Positions 48,696 to 61,580 are shown, counted from the first letter of the whole stretch. The stretch is DNA of 62,208 bases, filler included, from Asterionella formosa (GCA_002256025.1; 24 parts of 24 records of this genome joined end to end with filler, not necessarily neighbours in it); one strand, 5' to 3'. Notes: generated by a model not told the origin, from the letters alone. A program made the numbers and translations.

Positions 48696-49278
48696 ATGGC
48701 CGAAGAAGGAAGCGACGAAAAGATCACCAATACGAGCGGAACGAGAGAAATCGCTTACGCCGCCAAGTCTGGACGATTCTTTGAGACTAAGCAGGAAGAA
48801 GAATGCATTCCTGACGAGGAATACTGTGTCGTCGATCCGGAAAATGGGGAACTCATTCGTCTCACAGTAGCCGAAAAGGAGCGTATCTTTCTGGACGCGC
48901 TTCAGTCCTACTATGCCACTGGAAGGCAAATGCTCAAGGATGACGAGTTTGACCTATTGAAGGAAGATTTGCAAACCGAAAGGAAGCCACATATCTCGCC
49001 GCCATGCAGGCATACTTGAAAGGTGAACCGATGATGCCAGATGCTGAGTTTGACGCATTGAAGACGGAGCTCAAGGAAACTGGATCGAAGTTTGCAGTCT
49101 CAACATCTCCAAAATGCTAGATCGACACTGGAATTTGCACTGTCACATTGAAAGAAGACCAATTCAGATCAAATCTTCTCTACCTTCCCGCCATTATTGT
49201 TCTCACAAGTGTTTGGCTTGGTATTGGTTTCGAACTCTTGTCGACTGTGTTGAGAATCAACCCGTTGTTCTTCCTCCT
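48696..49278 (+). pseudogene. PGRL1: PGRL1 (PGR5-like 1) pseudogene or gene fragment
   Basis: EKERIFLDALQSYYATGRQMLKDDEFDLLKEDL is followed, after a deletion/frameshift, by NRKEATYLAAMQAYLKGEPMMPDAEFDALKTELKETGS..PKC*IDTGIC and a TM segment. No signal peptide is present upstream. Confidence 0.8.
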
Positions 49279-50406
49279 NNNNNNNNNNNNNNNNNNNNNN
49301 NNNNNNNNNNNNNNNNNNNNNNTTAATTAATTAANNNNNNNNNNNNNNNNNNNNNNNNNNNNNNNNNNNNNNNNNNNNTACAACAAATACCTGTGCAAAT
49401 ACTATTGACTATAGTAGTCCATATACATAATTCGCGTGCTGGTAGAATTCTTGCATGCTTTGAGGACTGGTTTGGTCTGTATCATTGCATAAGGTGTCTC
49501 CTCTTGCAAAAAACATACGTTTATGAATTTTCATTTCAGTTGAACTTTTCAAGGAACGAATACACGCCAAGAGAATGGTTAATGTGTTGGAGAAAATAAC
49601 ATTTCCCCAAAGAAGTAGTTTTGCAGGAACTGTGTAGGAACTTGATCCATCTCCCTTCTCCAAGTTCAGCATAGCAGGCGATATGCACAAAGAAGCATGG
49701 CTGAGACTGTCTATTTATAGTAACAGAGTGATTCTGGTTTCGTAATTTTCATATCTCATCAGATTCACTTTGTCATCGTACTAGTTCTTTACCTTTGACA
49801 ACAGGAGCGTATTCTTTGATGTACCTGGAATGGTTCAATGGATGGCCGCAGTTGGATTTAGACACAAACCTCGACAAAAGCACTAGTACTTTGTAGATGT
49901 TCATGAAAAGCCAGACACTTTGGCCTATCGACCACCAGCCAGTCTATACTGCAAAAATGCAAGAAGCACAAGTTGAATGCCCATTTATGGATTCAAGTTT
50001 CAGTAGTGCAACAATGTAAAATATTAGAAACCGGAAGTCACATTTCCTCTAATTACGGTTTTCATTAGCTATACTAGAGAGGAAGCAATGGTAGAATGGC
50101 TACCAAATGGGCGGGGGGGGCAAACACAGAGAATCCTACTAAGTTTTCTCCCCAATGATCCCAGATCCCAGACCCTTCTTGAATTTCACTTGCTACAGAA
50201 AATGGAGAACGGCCGCCATGATCTGTTGATTGTTGCTGTATGGCTGGTGCCACTGACCAAGCAAAACCTCCAAAAATCTCAATGAGTTGCTTGTTTATTG
50301 ACTTGAATGCAAAAGGGATCGAAACCAGTGGAAAAAGCAAAAAGGGTTTGTCCCTACTACACAACAGCATTCGACAACAATACAACGATCGTGTTTACGA
50401 ACTATA

Positions 50407-51869
50407 TTGGTTAAATATCAAACATTATTTGATGGAAAATTAAAAGTCTATCCTCGTAAACAGGTACATTTGGAATTATTATCAAATGCTGTCCCTCGTC
50501 ATCAACGAGCATATCCGGTCGCTCATATTCATTTAGAAGTTTTCAAAACAGAATTACAACGATTATGTGATATTGGAGTCCTACAAAAGTTTGGTGCTTC
50601 TAAATGGGCATCTCCCACCTTCATTATTCCAAAAAAGGATGGAAGTGTCCGATGGGTATCAGATTTTCGTGAACTCAATAAAGTCATCAATCGCAATATA
50701 TACCCTTTGCCTCGAATACAAACTATTCTCTTTAAACGTGTTGGATATGTATTTTTCACCAAATTGGATGTTTCCATGCAATACTATACTTTTGCATTGG
50801 ATGTGGAGAGTCAAAACTTGTGTGTTATTTCAACTCCATTTGGTTTATATAAATATTTACGTCTCCCTATGGGGGTGAAACAATCATCTGATATTGCACA
50901 AGAAACTATGGAACAGATCCTTACTGATTTAGATGATGTGGAAATTTATATTGATGATGTTGGTTGTTTTTCAATGAATTTTTCGGATCACCTTCATTTA
51001 TTGGACACTATTTTACATCGTTTACAGACAAATGGTTTTACAATTAATCTATCTAAGTGTGAATGGGCCGTCCAAGAGACAGATTGGTTGGCTTAGGCTA
51101 TTGGTTAACTCCTAATGGACTGAAACCTTGGTCTAAAAAGGTCCGAGCATTGATTAATATGTCTTCACCTACCAATCTTAAACAAGTTCGATCATTTCTC
51201 GGTGCTGTTACTTACTATCGAGACATGTTTCCTAGATGATCTCATGTTCTTGGAACACTTACGGATTTAATTGGAACTAGTCCATTTGTCTGGTTACCTA
51301 TCCATCAACAAGCTTTTGAAGAAATGAAAGCATTGTTAGTTGCAGGTACACTCATGCGTTATCCTGACCATAATATTCCTTTTCATATCTTTACTGATGC
51401 CTCTGATTTTCAATTAGGGTCGGTCATTATGCAAAATGATCTCCCAGTTGCTTATTATTCTCGCAAATTATCTGTTGCTCAAAAGAATTATACTACTATT
51501 GAAAAAGAATTACTTTCTGTGGTAGAAACTTTCAAAGAATTTCGCTCTAGGTTATTGGGCGCAGTTCTACATGTTCACACTGATCATCGAAATCTTTTAT
51601 ATAATACTTTACATACTCAACGTGTTCTACGATGGAGATTTTACATTGAAGAATACCATCCTACTTTTCACTACGTGAAAGGGACTGACAATGCTATTGC
51701 AGATTCCATCTCTCGCCTTGGGAGGCTTGAGTCTTTGGTGGGGGATGATATTGATATTGGACCGAAATCTCCAACATCAACTTCCACTTCTACTTTTTCA
51801 ATTGAATTAGATGATGAACCTTTGCTTACATGTTTCCTTAATCATCCCATCTTGACAGACAATATTCAA
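50407..51869 (+). mobile_element. Ty3/gypsy pol (RT-RNase H), degenerate
   Basis: Motifs are WASPTFIIPKKDG.VRWVSDFRELN, KLDVSMQYY, YIDDV, TDASDFQLG and YTTIEKELL. There is a frameshift near 51090 and a TGA at about 51237. Confidence 0.94.
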
Positions 51870-51969
51870 NNNNNNNNNNNNNNNNNNNNNNNNNNNNNNN
51901 NNNNNNNNNNNNNTTAATTAATTAANNNNNNNNNNNNNNNNNNNNNNNNNNNNNNNNNNNNNNNNNNNN

Positions 51970-54455
51970 TGTTGAACAACGGTGTCCTTTAGAGTATTGG
52001 CAGATTTCGCATTTTAGGTCCAATGCATTGCATTTGGATGCTGAGGCAAATCGATTGGCGGTGAATGGGAATGCACGCAGTATTCGTTGAACTGCTGGTA
52101 AGTTTAAGTGTCCAAAGCGAAAATGCCAGTTTAAAAGAAGTTTTTGACCAGCACTATTGTTTTGATTTCCCTCGTTGGTTAGGGCAAAGTTCATCTGCGG
52201 TAACATTCCCAATACAATCCTGGCTTGTCCAATTGGGACGTGATTTCTGGGGTCATACTCAACAATCAGACAAGGACACCCATCGAATTGAAGCCTGAAT
52301 GATTCTTCATCACCCTTGTACCATCCACTTACTCCTTTTTCTTTATTGAACAGACGTTGTGGACTAATCAGTCTCATTTTAGATTGAGGGACATAGTAGC
52401 ATTGGCTGCGAATCTGCACTTCTGTGCCATCTTTGTTGCTGAATGTCCATGTAACAACTGGTCCAACTCCCTCTAATTTTAATCCGTTGGCCATACCCCC
52501 AAGTCGAAGATCATAGTCTGGAATGGTAAGTGGCCCATCAAAGTCTTGTATGTCATGTGTAATTCCCAATGATGCTCCTGTATCGAAGATTACTGCTGAC
52601 GTTGTGTTTGCCATTGTGAACAAAGAGTATGGGTCATGCGCTAAGATATCGATATCGGTAAGAACATCCATCACTTGGGTCGTTGAGTGGTTGCATTTTG
52701 GTTCCTCCTTAGTATTTGTTAATACAGTTGCATTCGAGTCATATATGCAGTCAACACAGTGGCGGGTAGCACAGAGGTCATGAAAGTGAAATGGATCATT
52801 TGGTGTCTGAGGTGTTGACGCATTCACAGATGTGGATTAAAGAACACATGGGTTGAGATCATTGTGAATACTTTCCCATTTTATTTGGTTGAAGTTCCAA
52901 AGAGCTGTCCAATCCAGGTCAATCATCGTTTCAAGTTTTGTGATTCTGTCATACATAGCAGCCGATTGAGTGTTGAAAAGATCCTTGACATTGTGGAAGG
53001 TTGGAAGGTTCTTGTGACCATAAAATATCCCAGGCAAAAGTAGATTGGAATGTGTCAATATCATCCATGATGCTGGTGCAAAAATGAAAGGTACAGGAAC
53101 ATTCTTCTGTTTGCATCGTTGCAGTGTGCGAGCAGGAGTATCAGATGGGGAAGAAAGGATAAAGAATGCTACTGTATCCCGGAATATCGCACTAAACCAA
53201 AATAGGATTTTCATGATAAGGTATGTTGTCCTCTGGATCGAATCACTTGGCAGTTTCAGGTCCTCCCCAGCAATTTCATTGTTTTCGCACTCCAGATTTG
53301 CATGTGTCTCACACGCATTGTTATTTTTATTGGTATTCTCCTCTCAATGACAGAAGTGTGCACGTTTGTCTCTCTCCTTCTGAAGGTACTTGGAATAGGA
53401 GTATATCCGCAAACATACACATCGACATCAAGTGGATGGATAACAGGAGCACACCATGCCCCAGAAAAGGTCATATCGTCGAGTGGTTCAGTGGTAGTGG
53501 AAGGAGCAGGTGTAGTGATATCAGGAGGATCGGCAGGAATGGGGTTAGGGTTGGCATCTCCTGACAAATTACTCTTTGGAGTGTCTGGTGGAGCAGGTTC
53601 GTGCGATGTGGGACCACTGGTGGTGTCCAAAAGGTAACTGGCAGGTCCAAAAGGTAACTGGCAGGTCCAAAAGGTAACTGGCAGGTTGATTGGTTGCGGC
53701 AGCTCGCTGATGAGCACGATAGTTATCAAGGTGAGCCGAGTCCAAGTGACTAAGCTGATTATATCCAATCTTGTTGATGGCCCAACACTTACACTTCGTG
53801 CAGAATTTCCAAACACGTCCAAGGTCATCAGTTTTGGTGGTAGTAAGGTTAGCTGGTTTGATGTATTTCCAATCAGCCAGAGCAGCAGAATGTTTACGAG
53901 TGTTGGATCCGCCAGCAGGTTGAGGACAGTCGCGAGAGAGATGATCACCACTTCCACAGCGATAGCAGGTGCGGGTGGTTGCACTGGTGTTCATCAAGAG
54001 ATTGGCTTATGGGAGTTTGGTGGCCAGAGCAGACCAATCAAGTTCAGATAGAAGTGCTCCATGAGCTGCTTGCAAAGTTGCAATGACTCCCAGTGGGCCA
54101 AACTTGGCGTATTTTGAGTCCTTGGTGAGTGTCTTAGGATCGGACAGTTTGTACTCATGCTCAAGTGTTTTGACTTCATCAAGGAGGATGTACATTTTAC
54201 GATTGAAGTACTCACACAAAGTTTTTGTGACCTTCTGAATCAATTTGGAACCAGTATTGACAGGCAATGCGTAGTCACCTTGCATGATTTTGATAAGACG
54301 TTGTGCTTCAGTGGTAAAATCCGTCACATTTTCACCTGGATAGGAGTCAAGAGTGAGGCCGTCAAGTTGGTTGCGTGCCCCTTCCACATCATGGGCAACG
54401 GAAGCATTACAGGTTTCTAAAGCCATCATGAATAGACAAGCACCGGAGAGGTACT
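51970..54455 (-). mobile_element. Ty1/copia gag-protease-preintegrase fragment, frameshifted
   Basis: Zinc knuckle CYRCGSGDHLSRDC, protease VIFDTGAS, and GAG-pre-integrase LLNWHFRFGHLN..CEICQYSK. Confidence 0.88.
53625..53684. repeat. 20-bp tandem repeat x3 (GTCCAAAAGGTAACTGGCAG) inside the copia element
   Basis: Three exact copies. Confidence 0.95.
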
Positions 54456-54555
54456 NNNNNNNNNNNNNNNNNNNNNNNNNNNNNNNNNNNNNNNNNNNNT
54501 TAATTAATTAANNNNNNNNNNNNNNNNNNNNNNNNNNNNNNNNNNNNNNNNNNNN

Positions 54556-55559
54556 TTTTTTTTCAGAACACACCATTTTGTCTGAAGAAGACCAAATGCC
54601 ATTTCTATTCTTATCCTTAGCTGTGAAAGGAAAAAGTTAAATGTATCCTGTGTTGGATCATCACGTTGTGAGCCAACAAAGGGAACAAGCATTACATCAG
54701 ACAATGTGTAAGCTGCATCGCCGACCAGATAAAAACCTGTGTTGAATGCTGCAACTTGATCGAAAATGGAAGTTTTTTCAAAAGCTACTTGGTCACTGCA
54801 TTTTCCCGGTGCAATTACACCAAAATAAATAAATCTTGAGTCAGCATCACAAACAGCCTGGACATTGATTCCATAAGTCATGTAGTGACCGGAAAAAAAT
54901 GAACCAGGGTTGTTGCCACTTTCAACTATAGTCGGGCGGTTGATGGTGGCAAGGAAGCCGTCAATAGCACCAACACATCCTCTCATCACGCCCTCTGAGC
55001 TTTTGCATTCAAAGCTGGAAGCCAATTTGATAAATTCTTCTTTTTCTTTTGGAAAAATAATTTCGAGTTCTTCACAGTTTTGTACAGCATCAATGAACAA
55101 ATCACGACATCGATAAAGTGAAGCAATGCTACAACCGTAGGCATGACGAATGTCGATGTAACTGCCACCAGCCAGCCATCGCAAACCAATGGCTACCACA
55201 ATTTCGGGAATTATGGGCTCAGAAGTGCCACATTTGGAATAATTCCCTGCAATCTGAATTTCCAGCATGGAGGTGAGTTTTTTGAATGCTCTGTGTGACA
55301 TTCTGTATGTCTTCTCGAAAGCAATCTCGTGATTGAGTTTCTCGACATGTGATTGCCAGGAGATTCTTTCGTGGTGCCACTTGTGCCTTCGTTGTCGTCG
55401 TCGTTCAGATGACTGAAGCTGCCGTTTACAGCGTCGCCTTTGTCGTTTGGATGAGTGTTCTTTTTCCTCTGCTTCCTTAGTTAAATGACAGAGGAAGAAG
55501 AAATCAAGATCACTACTGTCATCGTCATTATCATCAAGTAAATCAAATGGCGACGACAT
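54556..55559 (-). CDS. PIF/Harbinger (HARBI1-like, DDE_Tnp_4) transposase, 3'-truncated by the contig end
   Basis: LRWLAGGSY (HTH region), GCVGAIDG, NVQAVCDA, LVGDAAY and RIRIEMAFGLL..KW. Confidence 0.92.
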
Positions 55560-55702
55560 GATTCATGCAAATGTGTGTTTTTAATATTATATTTAGTTTC
55601 CCGGTAATTATATTTTGTTGTTGCTTGATATCAAGACCATCATTATATTCTGGAGGGATATACACATGATCTTCGCCAGCCTGTTGCCGTTGAAGATTCA
55701 TT

Positions 55703-56064
55703 TTACTCCATGATACAATGTGATCACAAATTAGTGATACAGTGACACTTTTGGAATGAATGAAATTCAGTTCAAATCGAGTTACCGTTGCTGATACATT
55801 TTCAAAAAAATTCAAATTCCGTGATACACGAAAAAAAATGATAAGAACGACCCTTAAGCTACGCATATGCATGCTAATTTTTATCTAGATGCTCGTAGCT
55901 GGCCTGTCACCGTTGACAGTCCTTGTTACTCCACGATACACTGTGATACAAATTAGTGATACAGTGTCACTTTTGGAATGAATGAAATTCAGTTCAAATC
56001 GAGTACCGTCGCTGATACATTTAAAAAAAATTCAAATTCCGTGATAAACGAAAAAAAATGATAA
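55703..56064. repeat. About 140-bp direct duplication (55703-55844 and 55926-56064) upstream of the Harbinger ORF
   Basis: Both copies run TTACTCCA.GATACA..AAATTAGTGATACAGTG..GAAATTCAGTTCAAATCGAGT..AAAAAAAATGATAA. Confidence 0.9.
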
Positions 56065-56472
56065 CGGTACGCGGATGTCCAGTGATTATAATCTACTGGT
56101 ACCTGGTATCCAGGTACCCGTCGAGAATATAGAACCGGACTGTCAGTACACACAAGAAAATATTACATGTTTTTACAATGTGGCCGGCGTGGGTTTGCAA
56201 GACATCGCAAACCAGGCCAATCAAACAGAGGAATGCAATTCACGTTCACCAATCATATTATATATGTGGAAGCGGGCACTTACAATGGATTTTTTAGACA
56301 GGAGATTTTAGGACTAAAAATTCCGGCACACGACTACCATTCCGATGATGACGTTTCGGCACTTAATAATTCTGATTCCGATGTTTTTGCGACCGTAGAA
56401 AAGGCCGATTTTGTCGAGTTTTTGGACGACGATAGCTAAACGTTGGCTGGGTCTGACGGCGATTTAGATACA

Positions 56473-56667
56473 TAGGTAACTTTCAAATAGCATCAGTATA
56501 TAACTTCTGGCGAGAAACTGCAGAAAGGAACTTCGGTTTTTTTACTATGCCAAATAAACAGATTTCCCCCGAGTTTTCGAGTCTATTTAGCATAGTTAAA
56601 AAATCGAAGTTCCCTTCTGCAGTTTCTGACCAGATCCTTTATACTGACGATATTTAGAATGGACCTA
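56473..56667. mobile_element. MITE-like fold-back element of about 195 bp
   Basis: Imperfect inverted arms of about 85 bp (TAGGT..AGAAACTGCAGAA.GGAACTTCG..ACTATGC and its reverse complement) surround a short spacer. Confidence 0.7.
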
Positions 56668-57140
56668 CACCCCCTACTTTGTCCGAAGACTGTATGTAAG
56701 CATATGGAAAGGGTGTGTATTGGTGAAAGCTCCTTTGAGCGTTATACATATTTGATTTATATCACGAGAGTATGTGTTTGATTAGTCTGACTCAATATTA
56801 TTTTATAAAACCTACCTCGAGCTAGGGGTTCAAATGCAACAACCTTAACCCTGAGGTTATCCAAATATATTGCGGTTGATGTTGCTTCCATTTCCTTTTC
56901 CTTCATCATCACTTACGCCATCGCTCATGACAGTCTTTTATCAGCCAGTTACCCTTTCTTTCCTTGTCGGGCAAGTATTCAGTTCTCTCATGACTTGCGT
57001 CATTGTCTCTGCCGCCTTGAAGTTTCGCAGTGTTGAGTCANNNNNNNNNNNNNNNNNNNNNNNNNNNNNNNNNNNNNNNNNNNNTTAATTAATTAANNNN
57101 NNNNNNNNNNNNNNNNNNNNNNNNNNNNNNNNNNNNNNNN

Positions 57141-57885
57141 TCAAAGCTATGATACCAGGGAGTTTGTGGACATTGACCTTGCCCGAAATGGCATGCTCGC
57201 AGCAAATAGGGTTTGCATTATGATCATAAGACATGTCAATCATCCTAAAGCAAGGTATACCGGTTTATGTATATGTTCACCAATTGTTGTCCATTTATAT
57301 TGCAATCCTGTTTCCATCCTATTCCGGTCAAAGGAGACCAGCCAGATACTGCGTCCCATCCTGCAACAAGAACGGCAATGACTATGTCAAGAATAAGCAG
57401 CCGATCTTTTCATTTTGTCCTGGTGGCCTCGACAAGCGGTCCTAAGCAAGATAATGGATATACATGAATGACACCTGTAACATCGCCCATACCACCTCTC
57501 CAATCGATACTGATATTGCCACCAACCATTTGTCGAGGAGGACCCAGCTTTGATGGAAACGGCATCGGCATCTGAAGCAAGTTACAAATCGAATCCAACA
57601 ACAACAAACGAAAACAAATCCGGAAACCCATCAGATAGTTTCATACAGGGATTGCACGACTACGGTAGTTACCCGTAGGACATTCGAATGTTCTCACACT
57701 CCCTTATTCGAGCAGACAACTTGCGCATCATACACGTGATGGTCACCAGCGCTGCAACGATTTGCGATGACGCAAAAAAGTCATCAGGGGGAGTGGTTTG
57801 GTGAACATATCAGCCCCCTGATCCTCCGTGTCGACATGCTCAATGCGGATAATTTTGCGCCACACATGATCACGAAAATGATGAT
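57141..57885 (-). mobile_element. Ty1/copia 3' remnant: RNase H end, PPT and probable 3' LTR (LTR end uncertain)
   Basis: YHHFRDHV..IEHVDTEDQGADMFTKPL..W* is followed by AAGGGAG|TGTGAGAA at 57705-57691. Confidence 0.7.
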
Positions 57886-58160
57886 ACCCTGGTACCCTGG
57901 TACCCTGGTACCAGTTTCCCAGATATCGGTACCTTCTACCAGGTACCAGTACCAGGTAACTGGTCGTACCAACAGGAATTGGAGTACTGTACCTGGTTCC
58001 AGGGTACCTGGTACAGAACCAGTGCAGTATCATTTTATACTTCCTGATGGATCCGGCGTCTAGACCGGCACAGGTACTTGAGCGCTTGGTCGTCTAGAAG
58101 ACTTACCAGTACGTAAATACTACCGGTAAGAAGCACTTACATCGACTACCGGTACATTAA
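57886..58160. repeat. Low-complexity cluster of GGTACC/TACCAGGTA/TACCGGTA micro-palindromes
   Basis: For example CCCTGGTACCCTGGTACCCTGGTACC and ACCAGGTACCAGTACCAGGTA. Confidence 0.8.
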
Positions 58161-58717
58161 GGTTGCGGCCCCGCAGTTACAAAATGCGAGGTCCGTTTTT
58201 TCCCAAAATATTTTTATGAGGTACGTCCATCCACACATCACGTACAAGTAAATTTAATAGTTAAAGGAAAAATTAGCTTTCACCATTACGACCACTTTGC
58301 ATATGCTTAGATACTGTCATTGCACGCCTTAGTAGGGGTATGATCTATACATATTCTGATTGGTTTGAATTGCATTTACTCACCTGCTCCAGATCAGCTG
58401 GAGTATCCCGGTCTTGTAAAAGTACGCCTGCCATACTTGAGCCACATGTATTAAATTGAAACTTACGGTGCACGAAATACGAAGATCGAATATTGCGAAG
58501 CTATCGCGGCAAAATCTTCGATCTTCGTGGCCACCTTACGGTCCCAAAGATTAAATAGTATGTCAATCCATACGTCAAATGACCGATCTCGTGAATTGAA
58601 ATTTATTTCCTACATGAAAATTAGTAGTCTCGTCCGCAGGAATATTATAGTAATTAATTATTTACTATGAAAATTATCAACACTCAATGCTCCATCATCA
58701 TCGTTTCTGTTGTTGTT

Positions 58718-59415
58718 TTAAGGTGATCGGCCTTCACATTGTTCTATCTCCTTTCTCCTAATTCCTGTTGCCAGGTGCTCCTCTGTTGTAGTAGTGATCA
58801 ATGCCACTCCGGTTGCACCCTTGTGACTAATAGAACCCAGATATCCATTCGGAACGGTCGGACGTCCATGCTTCGCAGAGCTTCTTGCATGGCCAGCCTT
58901 CCCAGGAAGAAGGACGTCCGAGCATGATGCGATGGCTGAGCTACTCCAAAGGACACTTCTTGAGGATGCAACGTGTCATGAATCCAATGCTTGGCATGAG
59001 CAATCCCCTCCGGTTTCAAGGCATCTGCGTGCGACAGGTCAACATCTGATAACACAAGGCCGATGCACCGCCCTTCTGGCAGCTGCAGATCAAAGAGTCT
59101 TTCCCACCACGTTGTCGCTATCGGCTTGGTAGGAAAAGGATCCCACGATGCGACAATGGAATCTGGACTGGCCAGAGTCTCGAGGTACTTGAAGTTCTGC
59201 GGAGTGCAAACATGCAATGGTCTGATATGGAACAGAAATGACGACAGTTTGCTCGTCCTTGTTGTTGGATGGCAATTGCTGTTGGACGGTGATTGCTGAT
59301 TCCCTCTTTCAGATTGAGCTTCCAAATGGAACTGAGAAACCAGCTCATTTCGCAACGCAGCTGGCAAGGCTGCTGGTAGTTGCCATGACAACCGTTGTTG
59401 CTTCCATGGCTGCAC
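58718..59415 (-). pseudogene. 4'-phosphopantetheinyl transferase (EntD-like) pseudogene fragment
   Basis: LHPQEVSFG..RTSFFLGRLAMQEAL is followed, after a frameshift, by KHGRPTVPNGYLGSISHKGATGVAL. The C-terminal half is absent. Confidence 0.75.
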
Positions 59416-60430
59416 ACAATGTTGATAATGTGCCAGTAAGGTTGATGATAGCGTTGGTGGATGTTGGAGAAAATATTTTAGGAAAGAAAATCCCGGTATA
59501 AATTACCTACTACATATTGAATCGAATGAATCAAGAAAGAATATGGTACCAGAGAATTCGAAAACAATCTACGCCAACAGTAAAAACCCATAATTCTATT
59601 AAAACTCTTAGGAACGATTACAATNNNNNNNNNNNNNNNNNNNNNNNNNNNNNNNNNNNNNNNNNNNNTTAATTAATTAANNNNNNNNNNNNNNNNNNNN
59701 NNNNNNNNNNNNNNNNNNNNNNNNTGTGTGTTTGCATTTAATTTTTGTACTCATAATTCGGGCGCACCAGGAATTCCTATTTGACGTTTTCCATTAATGA
59801 ATTTATCTCTTTATTATGGCGCACGAGCGAAAGCGCAATGCCGTCGTAGTCATATTAAATAAATTTTAGTGGATACTAAATTAGTTTTCTAGAGGAGGAA
59901 TATTCTCATACCTGAATACGTATATAAAAGGTGATGCTTGCTCAATCGAGTAAACGTGAAAATATCCAATTTTCGCAATTTCACGTCGACAGCAACCTTT
60001 GGGCGATAATACCTAATTAACAATGTACACAATGCAACAATACAAGTACGGAAGTATTTACTCGCTATATAAATCTGAACAACTCGTTCGTGACAATAAA
60101 TAGCGTATCTTGTAAACTAAGTTCAAACCGTGCGTTTACTCCGTTTAGCGGTGGCTTACAGTTCAAAAGTCGCCGTAGCGGTGGCTTACAGTTTTTAAGT
60201 GGTACAGTAGATAGAAAACTATAGATCCTTTATGTATGGCACGGAATTATGTTCAAGGAATAAAATATACCGGGAATGCAAATTACTGGTACATAGCATT
60301 TTTGGTACTCGTTGTCACACCATGCTCAATGCATTGTTCTTGGTTTCAAAAAAGCATTCATTATCCATATGACCAGTGGATGATAATGACAAGTATTTAA
60401 CACACTGACGGAGATCGAACGACAAGGCCG

Positions 60431-60536
60431 CAAAAGAACGCGAAGTTCGCAAAAGACCGCAAAAGAACGGAAAGCCCGGATATACGACGTTTTTCTCCGG
60501 TCTTTTGCGATCTTTTGCGAACTTCGCGTTCTTTTG
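60431..60536. repeat. 41-bp near-perfect inverted repeat with a 24-nt loop
   Basis: CAAAAGAACGCGAAGTTCGCAAAAGACCGCAAAAGAACGGA pairs with TCCGGTCTTTTGCGATCTTTTGCGAACTTCGCGTTCTTTTG, with 2 mismatches. Confidence 0.92.
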
Positions 60537-60759
60537 AGGTCTTTTGGGAAAACGTGATTCGAGGTCGATTTTAGATAAAACACCGTTTTTGTACGTGACT
60601 TTTCGTACTCAAGAGTTTCCGTCAACTCCGAGTAAAAACTGCATTGACCCACTGTTTTATCCCATTCGTTTGATTAATTCAACTAATACTGAGCTTCGCC
60701 TCTCTCTGAAATTTGTTCGGAAGTATGACTGTAGGTTCACCCAACCACGGAGCAGCTTG

Positions 60760-61580
60760 ACTGATATGTGAAACCGAAACCATGGAACCCCTACTAGATA
60801 CATTTCTGTTGAATGCAAGTGGAATATCCGGATATTGACGCAGGTATTTTGCAATTTGTAGTAGCGCATCAAAATGTAATGATCCAGGAGCATTTTGATA
60901 TTGAGCCAGCATTTGTACAACTGTTTGTATATCAAGCCTGGTCTTGATAGTGCTTACGTCATTTCCGTTAATCTGTAACAGCACTCTACCCTTTAATATT
61001 TTTATAGGGCCTTTCGTCATACGACGCCCGAAAGCACTATTGGGTTCGATCCCAATTATCTCACATCGTGCAAGGTCGGCATGGTAATGGAGAAGTAAGC
61101 CATGTCCCTCATCTGGTAATAGATCAGAAATTTCTGTTACGGACATGTCGTGATTTAGCCATGGTGAACAACTTGGGACAAGATCAGAGATTGCTGTTTT
61201 CAAAGCGGCCGTGTGTGTTGAAATAGAAACATCAACAGCTGAGTGATTCAGGAGAGCTTTTGCTGCTAGAGAACGATCACTAGGAAGTCTGTGAACACAA
61301 AGTTCATCAACAACAGCATGATGAGCATATTGAACCTGGCCGGAATCCCCATTATATTGGTAGATATGCGCAGTCCCTTGGAAACCAACAAAATTCCCAA
61401 GAAGTGTATTAGAATCAGTATGATGCCGACTGGCGCGTCGATTCTTGACATGGAGTGGAGAGCCAAAAAAAAGGCCATTGATACATTAGGTGCATGTTTG
61501 TGGAACACTTCATGAGGGGTGCGACCATTATGGGCATCACTAGGCCAAACATTAAGAAGAAAAGTGGCATACATCTAAGA
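60760..61580 (-). mobile_element. Decayed Ty1/copia pol remnant (integrase C-terminus joined to RT C-terminus)
   Basis: YATFLLNVWP..RTPHEVF...PNVS, G.FVGFQGT and TRLDIQTVVQMLAQYQNAPGSLHFDALLQIAKYLR. Confidence 0.7.

Noticed and set aside
59815..59852. Helitron-like 3' hairpin followed by CGTAG|T
   Set aside because: The stem is weak, the end is not a canonical CTRR, and there is no second copy.
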